Source: Alphaproteobacteria bacterium (GTDB taxonomy: Bacteria > Pseudomonadota > Alphaproteobacteria > Caulobacterales > Aquidulcibacteraceae). Taken from it: a stretch of 64,000 bases of DNA. Shown here piece by piece: positions 9,853-19,319 of this stretch (position 1 is its first letter; the number at the start of each line of letters is the position of its first letter). The stretch spans positions 7,961-71,960 of the forward strand of contig JANNOI010000004.1 of the NCBI GenBank assembly GCA_031398975.1. The letters are read 5' to 3'. Both the position numbers and the translations under genes were made by a program. Below the pieces are notes generated by a model. The model was not told the origin of the DNA. It ran no database searches and was given only the letters and a program-made list of their open reading frames with translations.

Positions 9853-11401
9853 ATGATACCGCAGCGCGATGCGTCGACCTTCGGCGCATCTTTTCCCTGG
9901 GCGGACGCCACCGCACTCTTGCTCGCCGCGCTCGCGGCCGGCGCGGCCGGCCTGTTGGCGATCGGACTGGGCGAGGAGCCGGACGGACGCCCGCGGCGGC
10001 TCTGGCGGCTTGCGGCGGGGGCGGCGCTGGGGATCGGGGTCGCGTGCGCGCACGCTTTGGCGCTGGTGGGCCTCGCCGGCTCCTCCAATGCGCGCTTCTC
10101 CGCCGAGGGCCTGCTCGCCGCGACGGGGGCTTGCGGTCACGGGATCGATGGCCGGGGTGGCCGCCGCGCTGGGGCCCTGGCCGGGCGCGCGCCTGATCGG
10201 AGCAGGCGTTTTGGGGGCCGCCGCCGCGGCGAGCTTCGCGCTCGCCCTGGGCGCCGCCCTGCCGCCAGACACGCTCCAGGTCGGGACCGTCAGCGTGCTG
10301 AGCGCGGTCCCGCTTGCGGGCCTGGGGACGTGGGCGTTTCTGGCCTGGCCCGGACGCGGGGACGGCGTGCTGCCCCGGTTCGCGGCCGCGATCGCGGTGG
10401 GCGCGGGCACCGCCGGCGCCCAGGGCGTGGTGCTGGCGGGCGCCGGCGGCGGGGCGGCGACTGGCGCTTACGAGACGGGCGCTTACGATATGCCGGCCGG
10501 TTTGGCGCTCAGCGCCGTCGATCTCGCGCTGGCGGCGGCGCTCATGTTCATCCTGGCGGTGAAGACCGGCGCCTTGGTGCTGTTCCTCGACCGGCGCGTC
10601 ACGGCGGCCGCCAAAGACCAGAACCGCAGGCTCGGCGCCATCGCCGATGGGCTGCGCGACGAGGTCGAGGAGCGCGCGCGCCAATTGATTGCAGCCCAAA
10701 ACCTCGCGAACACGGGCCTTACGGCGAAATCCCAGGCCCTGCGCCGGATCGCGGCCCATCTCGACGGGCCCGTCCGTTCGGTGCTCGGCTTCACCAACAT
10801 CCTGCGCGAGGGGCCTGACCAGGAGCGCCTGAGCCAGCGCCAGCGCCGCGCCGTGGTGCAGATCGAGCAGGCGGCGGTGGAGCTGCGCCGCCTCAGCGCG
10901 GACCTGCGCGATCTCGCCGCGCTCGAGACCGGCGACGTCGAGCTTTCGCCCGGCCCGGTCAGCGTGCTGGGGGCGCTCGAGGCAGCGCTCTTGCGGGCCG
11001 CCAAGTCACAAAGCACGATCGCCCTCGCCGTCGACCGGCCCCCGAGCCACCTGCTCGCGCGGGCCGATCCGAACGCGGTGGCGCGGGTGCTCGATGCGCT
11101 GCTCGCCTACGCCTTGAGCCGCGCCGCGCCCGGGGACGTGATCCATGTCGGGTGCGTCAGCGCGCCGGACATGATCTCCATCGCGATCGCCAATCCGGCC
11201 CGGGCGCTCGCGCCCCACGAGATCGAGGCGGCCGACACCCTGCTGCTCGACAGCGGCGAAGGCGCCTCCGCGGGCGTGGCCCTCTATCTTGCGCGGCGCA
11301 CCTGCGAGGCGATGGGCGGCGGGCTCGCGCTGGAGAACGAAGCCGAGCGGGGGGCGGTGATGATCATCCACCTGCCGCGCGCCGGGCGGAATTCGGTGTG
11401 A
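9853..11401 (+). pseudogene. Membrane sensor histidine kinase, split by an apparent 1-nt frameshift at a G5 run (10125-10129)
   Basis: The frame of 9853 encodes convincing TM helices (FPWADATALLLAALAAGAAGLLAIGLG...GIGVACAHALALVGLAG...LLAATG), then turns to junk. The frame of 9869 is junk until about 10130, then encodes more TM helices, a coiled coil, an H-box (RRIAAHLDGPVRSVLGF) and an HATPase_c domain (DSGEG...GVALYLARRTCEAMGG). Removing one G from acgggggct joins them seamlessly (..LLAATGLAVTGSMAGVAAALG..). An alternative intact reading starts at ATG 10148. Confidence 0.6.
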
Positions 11402-11504
11402 CACGCCCGAAAGCGCTACCGTGAAAAGCGCATCGCCTTGCCTTTGGGCGCACGGCGACGCACCGTGCCGCAGGGCGCAGACGGCAGGCGCGCGCGGGGG
11501 CTGA

Positions 11505-12827
11505 TTGAACGGGATCCTACCCACGCTGGCGCTTTATGCCGCTTGCGCGGCGGGCGTGGCGGCCATCGTCGCAGCGGCGCGCGGCTCGCGCTTGGCCCTG
11601 GCGGGGACGACGTGTGCTTTTGCGGCCGCGATCGCTGCGCTGCAGATGCGCGTGAGCGCGCCGGACGTCTGGTTCGAGGACTTTATCTCCGCGTACTGGC
11701 CCGCCGCCCACGCCGTGCTGCAGGGGCCGGACGCGCTGCGCGCGGAGTTCGCGAAGGGCGTGTTCGGCTACGTCAATCTGCCGATCGTGGCGTATCTGTT
11801 CGCCCCCTTGGGCGCGCTCGCGCCGAAGCCCGCCGCACTCGTCTTTTTCGGGATCGGCATTGGGGCCGTGTTGGCGGCCTGGCGCTTGATGCGCGTGCTC
11901 TTTTCCCTAAGCGATCGCGATAGCGCGTTGTTGCTGCTCGGCCTTTCGGCGTATGGCCCGCTCGCCTACAGCCTGAAGGAGGGCAATACGAGCCATATCG
12001 TGCTCGCGGCGCTGCTCGGGGGCCTCCTCGCGATCCGGACGCGGCGCGACCTCTTGGGCGGGGCGCTGCTGGCGCTGGCCGCGATCCTCAAGCCGGCGCT
12101 GCTGCTGCTGGGCTTTCTGTATGCGCTGCGCGGACGCTGGCGGGTGGCGCTCGCGGGCGCGGGCGTGTGCGCGGCCGTGGCCGGGGCCTCGCTCCTGGTG
12201 TTCGGCTGGGACACGCACCGCCTCTGGTATGACGCGGTCATCGCCCCGTACGCCGGGCGCCCGGTCCCCGCCTTCAACGCGCAATCCTTCGCCGCCGCCT
12301 TCACCCGCCAAGAGACAGGCCTGCCGGGGCTGCTGCTCTGGGAGCCGGTGGAGGTGTCCGCGCTGGGAAAGGGGGCCGCGACCGGCGCAGCCCTTGTCCT
12401 GCTCGCGCTGGGCGCCGCGGCCGCGCTCGCCGCCCGCCGGCGCGGCGGGGCCGATACGCTCGAAATCGAAGCGCTGATGGTGATCGCGTTCGTATGTGCG
12501 GCGAGCACGCTGTCCTGGTCGCATTATTATGTCTGGCTCGTCCCCGCTTTCGTAACGGCGTTGCGCGCCTCAAGCGCGTGGACCCGCCGGCTTGCGGCGG
12601 GCGCGCTGATCATTGCGCTGCCCGGGGAATTCCTGAGCCCCGCCATGCGGGACGGCGCGTACGGCCCGCTCACCAATGTGCTGACGTCCCACCTTCTGCT
12701 CGCGGGCGTGGCGACGTTTCTGGCGCTTGCGCGCTTGCGTTATGGCGGCGGGAGTCGGGACGCCGATGCAAAGCCCTTCGCGCCTGGAGCGGCGGGGGCG
12801 GCGGCCTCAAAGCTCGAGACGAAGTAA
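11505..12827 (+). CDS. Polytopic GT-C-type glycosyltransferase (DUF2029 / GT87-like)
   Basis: 440-aa protein with roughly 10 or more TM helices. The N-terminal region (FEDFISAYWPAAHAVLQG...YVNLPIVAYLFAPLGAL) resembles the DUF2029 signature. The track start is a TTG, so the 5' end is uncertain. Confidence 0.55.
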   Translation: MNGILPTLALYAACAAGVAAIVAAARGSRLALAGTTCAFAAAIAALQMRVSAPDVWFEDFISAYWPAAHAVLQGPDALRAEFAKGVFGYVNLPIVAYLFAPLGALAPKPAALVFFGIGIGAVLAAWRLMRVLFSLSDRDSALLLLGLSAYGPLAYSLKEGNTSHIVLAALLGGLLAIRTRRDLLGGALLALAAILKPALLLLGFLYALRGRWRVALAGAGVCAAVAGASLLVFGWDTHRLWYDAVIAPYAGRPVPAFNAQSFAAAFTRQETGLPGLLLWEPVEVSALGKGAATGAALVLLALGAAAALAARRRGGADTLEIEALMVIAFVCAASTLSWSHYYVWLVPAFVTALRASSAWTRRLAAGALIIALPGEFLSPAMRDGAYGPLTNVLTSHLLLAGVATFLALARLRYGGGSRDADAKPFAPGAAGAAASKLETK

Positions 12828-13789
12828 AGCGGCCGGCGCTTGGTTTCGTTGAAGATGCGCCCGAGATATTCCCCGATCACGCCAAGCGCCAGCAATTGGA
12901 TGCCGCCCATGAACAGCACCGCCACCAGCAGCGAGGCGTAGCCCGGCACGTCCACCCCCAAATAGAGCGTGCGCGCGGCGATATAGGCGCCATAGGCGAA
13001 GGCGAGCGCGGCCACGACAAGCCCGATATAGCTCGCCACCTTCAGCGGAAAGACGGTGAAGGAGGTGATGCCCTCGAGCGCGAGGTTCCAGAGCTTCCAA
13101 TAATTCCACTTCGAGCCCCCGGCGTGGCGGGCGTCGCGGACATAGGCGATCTCGGTCTGCGCGAAGCCTACCCAGGCGAACAGGCCCTTCATGAAGCGGT
13201 GCGATTCCCGCAGGCTCGTGACCGCCTCCACGACCCGCCGGCTCATCAGGCGGAAATCGCCGGTGTCGCGGGGCACCCGCACCGGGCCCACGCGGTGCAT
13301 CACCCTGTAGAACGCCGCCGCGGTCGCCTTCTTGAGCGCGGTTTCGCCGTCCCGGCGCAGCCGGCGCGCATAGACGACGTCATACCCCTCGCGCCATTTC
13401 TCGACCATCGCGGCGATCAGTTCGGGGGGATCTTGCAGGTCTGCATCGATCACCACCACCGCGCGCCCGCGCGTATGGTCAAGGCCTGCGGTGAGCGCGA
13501 TCTCCTTGCCGAAATTCCGGCTCAGATCGACGATGGAGACGGCAGGGTCGGCGGCGCGCAAGGCGCGCAGGCGGGCGAGGGTGTCGTCCTTGCTGCCGTC
13601 ATTGACGTAGAGGATTTCATAGCGCAGCCCGAGCGCCTGCAGCACGGCCGAGACCCGCCGGTGAAACGCCTCGATCCCTTGCGCCTCGTTATAGGCGGGC
13701 GCCACGACCGAGAGGTCGAGCTCCGGGGCGGCGTCTGGGCCGGCGTCAGGGGCCGCGTCGGGTTCGAGGGAGGAAGATCCATCGCTCAC
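12740..13789 (-). CDS. Polyprenyl-phosphate glycosyltransferase, GT2 (GtrB / ArnC / Ppm1-like)
   Basis: VVAPAYNE, YVNDGSKD, DADLQDPP and two C-terminal TM helices ending in GEYLGRIFNETKRRPLY. Start set at GTG 13789, which overlaps the upstream stop as GTGA; the track ORF extends to 14086. Confidence 0.85.
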   Translation of the reverse strand: MSDGSSSLEPDAAPDAGPDAAPELDLSVVAPAYNEAQGIEAFHRRVSAVLQALGLRYEILYVNDGSKDDTLARLRALRAADPAVSIVDLSRNFGKEIALTAGLDHTRGRAVVVIDADLQDPPELIAAMVEKWREGYDVVYARRLRRDGETALKKATAAAFYRVMHRVGPVRVPRDTGDFRLMSRRVVEAVTSLRESHRFMKGLFAWVGFAQTEIAYVRDARHAGGSKWNYWKLWNLALEGITSFTVFPLKVASYIGLVVAALAFAYGAYIAARTLYLGVDVPGYASLLVAVLFMGGIQLLALGVIGEYLGRIFNETKRRPLYFVSSFEAAAPAAPGAKGFASASRLPPP

Positions 13790-14955
13790 GCGAACCTCAC
13801 CTTCAGCTTGAGGAATTGCTTCTCCCAGGCGTGCCAGCTCACCAGCGCGACCGCGACCGTCAACAGCCCCGCAAGGCTTAACCAAAGCGCGGCGTGCCAG
13901 GGCGTATCCCCGCCGCGCAGGTCCCGGGCCCATTCGGTATGGACCAGAATAATGAAGATGATTGGATGCCAGACATAAAGTCCGTACGAATACTTGCCGA
14001 ACCAGCGCAGCACCGGCGCCGAGAGCAGGCGCGCAGCCGGCGCCCACCCGATCGCCATCGCGATCAGCCCCCCGAACGTCACCCATAACAGCGTAAGCCC
14101 GAGCGTGCCGAGCCAGGGGTCATGCGGGCTGATGCTGGAGCGCCAAAGCACCATCGCCAGGAACGCCGACCCGCCGGCGAAGAACGCGATCAGGCCCGGG
14201 CCCCGCAGCGCCGCGACCGCGCCCGAACCGCCCTGCACCGCCAGCGCGATCAGCGAGCCCGCGGCCAGCGCGTCCATCCGCATCGGGGTGAAGGCGTAGC
14301 CCGCCATCGACATGCCGTGGGCCGGGTCCGTCTCGCCTATCCGCAACAGGAGCGCCACGACCAGGGCCGCCCCCGCCACCGCCATCAGCGCGCGCCGGTT
14401 CAGGAAAAACACGATCGTAGGCCAGACGAGGTAATAATGCTCCTCCACCGCCAGGGACCAGAAATGGTCCACCACGCCGAAAAAGTCCGCGCCTTTGAAG
14501 CCCAGCATGAAGTTCGTCATGTAGGCCCACACCCAGGCGGGATTGCCCTGCCCCCAGACATTGAGCCCCGGCGCGAGCGCCGACGCCGCCAGCACCAGCG
14601 CGAGCGCGAGGTAATAGAGCGGGAAGATGCGCAGGGCGCGCCGGGCGTAGAAGTTGCGGTAGAAGTGCGGGCGCTTTTTGGCGTTGAACAGAATGCCGGT
14701 GATGAGAAAGCCCGACAGGACGAAAAACAGATCGACCCCGACCCAGCCCAGCAGCCCGAGATTGAGGATCGGATTGGAAAATCCGAACTCGCCCACGAGG
14801 CTCTCGCAAATGTGGCCATAGAGCACCAGCATGATTGCCACGCCGCGCACGCCGTCGAGCGACAGGACGCGGTGCTCCTCCAGCGCCGGCGGGGCGGTAG
14901 CCGCGGAGACGGCGGCGGGCCGATCGTCAATCGCGGCGTGCATAATCGAGCTCAT
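13786..14955 (-). CDS. Acyltransferase family 3 membrane protein (O-acyl/acetyltransferase)
   Basis: 389 aa and polytopic, with the N-terminal signature LSLDGVRGVAIMLVLYGH typical of PF01757. Confidence 0.85.
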   Translation of the reverse strand: MSSIMHAAIDDRPAAVSAATAPPALEEHRVLSLDGVRGVAIMLVLYGHICESLVGEFGFSNPILNLGLLGWVGVDLFFVLSGFLITGILFNAKKRPHFYRNFYARRALRIFPLYYLALALVLAASALAPGLNVWGQGNPAWVWAYMTNFMLGFKGADFFGVVDHFWSLAVEEHYYLVWPTIVFFLNRRALMAVAGAALVVALLLRIGETDPAHGMSMAGYAFTPMRMDALAAGSLIALAVQGGSGAVAALRGPGLIAFFAGGSAFLAMVLWRSSISPHDPWLGTLGLTLLWVTFGGLIAMAIGWAPAARLLSAPVLRWFGKYSYGLYVWHPIIFIILVHTEWARDLRGGDTPWHAALWLSLAGLLTVAVALVSWHAWEKQFLKLKVRFA

Positions 14956-16486
14956 ACAAGGCTCCGTTGGAGGAGATGTAAGCGCGGCCTGCGCCTGCGT
15001 TCACCACGATCGAGCGCAACCAGGGGCCGACATACCAGCTGCGCACCGCCCGCCCTTCGGGCAGCGCGATGAGGGTGACCTTGCCGGTCACGAGGCTGCC
15101 CGCGAGAAGCAGGTTGCGCCCTTCGTCCAGCGCCAGGACGCGGACCCCGAACGGGGCCTTGAGGGGCGCAAGCGGCGAAAGCGTGGTTTCGTCAAAGCGC
15201 TGGATCCGTCCCGCCAGCGGCGAGGCCACGAGCAGCGCGCGGTCAACTGCGTCGTGGGCCATGCGGTCGATCCGCGGGTCGGCGTCGGTCCGGCGGGCGA
15301 GGGTCGCCCCGGTCTTCAGGTCGATCGCCAGGAGCCCGCGCTCGCGCCGGAAAAAGCTCAGATAAAGGATCGCCTTGCTGGGGTGGATCAGAAGGTTGCC
15401 GGCCGCCTCGCTGCGCGTTTGCGCAACAGCCCCGGTGGCGCGGTTGAAAAGGAGAAGCGGAGCCCCGCCCTGCGCGTCGGCCTCGGACGCGAGGACGATG
15501 GTGTTCGAAAGCGGCTCGGCCGCGATCCAGGGGTCCCCCGCCGCGAGGCCGCGGGCGGAGAATTCCCGCTTCAGCGAAAGATCGCGCGCGTCGAGCACGA
15601 GCACAGCCGCGCGCCCGCCATGATGGACCAGCACCTCCTCGCGCGCGGGATCATAGGCGAGGCCCTGGGCCCACCCGGTCTCGACCGCGCTCTCGCGGGG
15701 CGGGCGCGCCAAGTCTTTTGTGTCGTAGCGGACGAGACGCGCCAGCCCGTGGCCGGTGGCGAAGAGGTGCGCGCCGGAGGCGTCCAGCGCGAGGCCGTTG
15801 AAATTGCCTTGCGCGAAACGCTGCACGTCCGGCGAGCGGCGCAGCGTCTGCTCGAGCGGCGTGAGCAGGGAGCCTGGGACGAACGCCGCAGCCACCGCCC
15901 CCGCCAGGATCGCGCCGGGCAGGCGCGGGGGCGCCTCGAGCGTGCCGGCCGGCTCCCGGCCTTCCGCCAAACTCCGCACCCAGCGCCCATAGCGCGCCGC
16001 AAACAGCACCTCCCCCAGAAGCGGCAAGGCGGCGATGAACGCCCCGAGGCGCTCGGGCGAAACCGCCATGCGCTTCAGATCCGAAAGGCTCGCCCAATTG
16101 GTCGCCAGCAGGAGCGGCGGGGCCACGGCCAGGATCAGGCGGACGAGCGTGCTTTCCGTCGGCGCGGCGGCCGCCAGCGCGAACGTCGCCAGCGACAGTG
16201 CGCCCGCTACCGCCAGGAGGCCGGCCGTTCCGCGCGGAGCGGCGGCTTGACCCACCACAAACAGGAATAGCGCCGCCGTCAGCCACACCAGGACGCGGCT
16301 GACCGGCGTGCTCAGGGCCGAGATGGCGAATTCGGTGATCCAGATGATGTCGAGGACGCGCTCAACAGCTTCGAGGATCGGCTCGCGATAGACAAAGAAG
16401 AGCGCCAGGACCAGCGGCCCGCGCAAAACCGCCCACGTCAGGGCAAGCCCGACGGGATGGCGCAGACGCCTGGCAAGCGTTGTCAT
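14927..16486 (-). CDS. Membrane protein: N-terminal multi-TM region plus C-terminal YncE/YVTN-like beta-propeller, function unknown
   Basis: 519 aa. About 5-6 hydrophobic helices in the first 200 aa, then repeated roughly 40-aa strand-rich units (..LFATGHGLARLVRYD.., ..LVHHGGRAAVLVLD.., ..LLAIDLKTG.., ..LLLAGSLVTGKVTLI..). Confidence 0.5.
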   Translation of the reverse strand: MTTLARRLRHPVGLALTWAVLRGPLVLALFFVYREPILEAVERVLDIIWITEFAISALSTPVSRVLVWLTAALFLFVVGQAAAPRGTAGLLAVAGALSLATFALAAAAPTESTLVRLILAVAPPLLLATNWASLSDLKRMAVSPERLGAFIAALPLLGEVLFAARYGRWVRSLAEGREPAGTLEAPPRLPGAILAGAVAAAFVPGSLLTPLEQTLRRSPDVQRFAQGNFNGLALDASGAHLFATGHGLARLVRYDTKDLARPPRESAVETGWAQGLAYDPAREEVLVHHGGRAAVLVLDARDLSLKREFSARGLAAGDPWIAAEPLSNTIVLASEADAQGGAPLLLFNRATGAVAQTRSEAAGNLLIHPSKAILYLSFFRRERGLLAIDLKTGATLARRTDADPRIDRMAHDAVDRALLVASPLAGRIQRFDETTLSPLAPLKAPFGVRVLALDEGRNLLLAGSLVTGKVTLIALPEGRAVRSWYVGPWLRSIVVNAGAGRAYISSNGALYELDYARRD

Positions 16487-16543
16487 CCCCCTCCCCCTCG
16501 CCTTAACGAGGAGTAATGCACATCCCGTGCCGTGAAGCCATCG

Positions 16544-18124
16544 CTACGCTTGCGCGCGCGCGATGAGGGCCGAGAAGGCCGGCAGCACGCATTCCGCGCC
16601 CTCGAGGCGGGCGCCGTTGTGCGCGGCGAGGACAAGGCCCGCCCCAAGCGCCGCCCGGCGGGGGTGCGCGCCGAGATTGAACGCACAAAGCAGCGCGCCG
16701 CCCGCCGCGTCGCGGCGCAGGAAGGCGAGCACCTCGGCAGGGGCCGGAAGCGGAACGTGCGCGCCGGCGCGCAGCGCAGGCTCGGCGCGGCGCAACGCGA
16801 TCATCGCCCGGGTGAACGCCAGCACCGAATCCGGGTCTTGCGCCTGGGCTTCCACCGAAAGCGCCCGATGGCGGGGATCGAGCGGCAGCCACGCGTCCTC
16901 AGCGCTCGTGAAGCCGCACATCGCGCCCTCAGAGGTCCAGGGCATCGGCGTGCGCGCCCCGTCCCGGCCGATCCCATGGGGCCAGAAGGCGATCGCCTCG
17001 GGATCGCGCAGGCGCGTGAACGGCACCTCGGCGTGGGGTAGCCCCAATTCATCGCCCTGGTAGAGAAAGATCGTGCCCCGCAGGCACAACAGCACCGACA
17101 AGGCGAGCTTCACCCGTACCGGATCCTCCTGCGCCCAGCGGCTGGCCATGCGCACCACGTCGTGGTTCGACACGCTCCAGGACGGCCAGCCCGTACTGTC
17201 TCCCCACCCCGCCATCGCCTCCTCGAACAAAGCGGGGATGGCGGCCTGCGCCCGCAGCAGGAAGAAGGAATAGGCGCTGTGCAGCCGGTCGGGCCCCTCG
17301 GTATAGGCGCGCTGGACGGCAAGCGGCTCCTCGTCCTCGATCTCGCCGACCGCAAAGCGATCGCCGTAGCCGTCGAGGAGCGCGCGCAGCCTGGCCAGGA
17401 AGGGGAGGGTTCCGGGCTGGGTGCGGTCGTGGAGATGGCGCTGCATCTGGTGGGGCCGGGCGGGCGCGCCGGCGAGGTTGAGGGCGGGATTGTCGGCCAG
17501 CGCGGGGTCATGGACCAGGAAGTTCACGACATCCAGGCGAAAGCCGTCCACCCCCCGGTCCAGCCAGAAGCGCGCCGCCGCCAATAGCGCCTCCTGCACC
17601 GGCGGATGGGCGACGTTCAGATCGGGCTGCTCGGGCAGGAAATTGTGCAGGTAATATTGGCGCCGGCGCGCATCCCAGGTCCAGGAAGGCCCCCCGAACA
17701 GGGCCTGCCAATTGTTCGGCGGCGATCCGTCCGGCTTGGCGTCCGCCCAGACGTACCAATCGGCCTTCGGATTATCCCGGGAGGCGCGGCTTTCGCGAAA
17801 CCAGGGATGGGCGTCGGAGGAATGGGACCAGACCTGGTCCAGGATCACTTTGAGGCCCAAGCCGTGGGCCTTCGCGAGCAGCGCGTCGAAATCCTCCAGC
17901 GCGCCGAACAGCGGATCGACGCCGCAATACTCGGATACGTCATAGCCGTAATCCTTCATCGGCGAGGGGTAGAAGGGCGAGAGCCAAATCCCGTCCACGC
18001 CAAGGCGCGCCACATGCTCTAGCCGGGCGGCCGCGCCCTTCAGGTCGCCGACGCCGTCGCCGTTTCCGTCCGCGAAGCTGCGCGGATAGATCTGGTAGAG
18101 AACCGCCCCCCGCCACCACGCCAT
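16544..18124 (-). CDS. GH13 alpha-glucosidase / oligo-1,6-glucosidase
   Basis: MAWWRGAVLYQIYPRSFADGNGDGVGDLKG...GVDGIWLSPFYPSPMKDYGYDVSEY, GFRLDVVNF, GEIEDE. Start trimmed to ATG 18124. Confidence 0.85.
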   Translation of the reverse strand: MAWWRGAVLYQIYPRSFADGNGDGVGDLKGAAARLEHVARLGVDGIWLSPFYPSPMKDYGYDVSEYCGVDPLFGALEDFDALLAKAHGLGLKVILDQVWSHSSDAHPWFRESRASRDNPKADWYVWADAKPDGSPPNNWQALFGGPSWTWDARRRQYYLHNFLPEQPDLNVAHPPVQEALLAAARFWLDRGVDGFRLDVVNFLVHDPALADNPALNLAGAPARPHQMQRHLHDRTQPGTLPFLARLRALLDGYGDRFAVGEIEDEEPLAVQRAYTEGPDRLHSAYSFFLLRAQAAIPALFEEAMAGWGDSTGWPSWSVSNHDVVRMASRWAQEDPVRVKLALSVLLCLRGTIFLYQGDELGLPHAEVPFTRLRDPEAIAFWPHGIGRDGARTPMPWTSEGAMCGFTSAEDAWLPLDPRHRALSVEAQAQDPDSVLAFTRAMIALRRAEPALRAGAHVPLPAPAEVLAFLRRDAAGGALLCAFNLGAHPRRAALGAGLVLAAHNGARLEGAECVLPAFSALIARAQA

Positions 18125-18197
18125 CCCCGCCTCCCCCTGCCCGCCGCTCCGAGCGCGCAGCTTGACGCCGAAGGCGGGCGGGCGAAAGGCTCCCGCC

Positions 18198-19319
18198 ATG
18201 GCGCAGGACCTGAAAACCCGGCTGCATGCGCGCGCCGCCGCGCTGGGCTTTGACGCCGTGGGCGTCGCAAGCGCCGGCCGCCCCTGGGAGGCGGGCGCGC
18301 GCCTCACCGCCTTTCTAGCCGCCGGCCGGCACGGGGACATGGAATGGATGGCCACGCACGCCGACCGCCGCGACCACCCCCAGAAGCTCTGGCCGGAGGC
18401 AAAAAGCGCGGTGCTTTTGGGCCTCTCCTACGCCCCGCCGGGCGAGCCGCTGGACGCGTTGCGCCAACGCGCGCACGCCGCGATCGCCTCCTATGCGGCG
18501 CGGCGCGATTACCACGACGTGGTGAAGGGCCGCCTGAAGCAGCTCGCCGGCTGGATCGCTGCGGAAACGGGCGAGGCGGTGAAGGTGTTCGTGGACACCG
18601 CGCCCCTGATGGAAAAACCGCTGGCGCAGGCGGCGGGGCTCGGCTGGCAGGGCAAGCACACCAATCTCGTGTCGCGCGCGCACGGCTCGTGGCTGCTGCT
18701 GGGCGCGATCCTCACCGCCGCCGCGCTTGCGCCCGACGCCCCCGAGGGCGACCATTGCGGCGCCTGCCGCGCCTGCCTCGACATCTGCCCGACAGACGCC
18801 TTTCCCGCGCCCTATCAGCTCGATGCGCGCCGCTGCATCGCCTATCTCACCATCGAGCATAAAGGCGCGATCGCGCCCGAATTCCGCGAAACCATCGGAA
18901 ACCGCGTCTTCGGCTGCGACGATTGCCTGGCGGTGTGCCCGTGGAACAAGTTCGCCAAGGCCTCCGCGGACGCGAAGCTCGCCTATCGGGAGGATTTGCA
19001 GGACATGCCGCTCGCCGCGCTCGCCCGCCTGGACGAGGCCGGTTTCCGGGCGGTCTTCCGCGCCACCCCGATCGCGCGCACGGGGCGGGAGCGGTTCGTG
19101 CGCAACGTGGCGATCGCCGCCGGCAATAGCGGGGACCCCGCTTTGATCCCGACAACGGAGGCGCTGGCGCGCGATCCGGCCCCGCTGGTGCGTGCGATGG
19201 GGGTTTGGGCGCTGCGCCGCCTTGACCCCGCCCGCTTCGCCAGGCTCAAACCCGAGGCGCTCCAACGCGAAACGGACCCGGCCGTGCGCCGGGAATGGGG
19301 CGAGGAGGAGACGTTGTGA
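18198..19319 (+). CDS. queG: tRNA epoxyqueuosine(34) reductase
   Basis: Two 4Fe-4S cysteine motifs (CGACRACLDICP, FGCDDCLAVCPWNKFA), the YLTIEHKG motif and C-terminal HEAT-like repeats. Start set at ATG 18198. Confidence 0.85.
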   Translation: MAQDLKTRLHARAAALGFDAVGVASAGRPWEAGARLTAFLAAGRHGDMEWMATHADRRDHPQKLWPEAKSAVLLGLSYAPPGEPLDALRQRAHAAIASYAARRDYHDVVKGRLKQLAGWIAAETGEAVKVFVDTAPLMEKPLAQAAGLGWQGKHTNLVSRAHGSWLLLGAILTAAALAPDAPEGDHCGACRACLDICPTDAFPAPYQLDARRCIAYLTIEHKGAIAPEFRETIGNRVFGCDDCLAVCPWNKFAKASADAKLAYREDLQDMPLAALARLDEAGFRAVFRATPIARTGRERFVRNVAIAAGNSGDPALIPTTEALARDPAPLVRAMGVWALRRLDPARFARLKPEALQRETDPAVRREWGEEETL

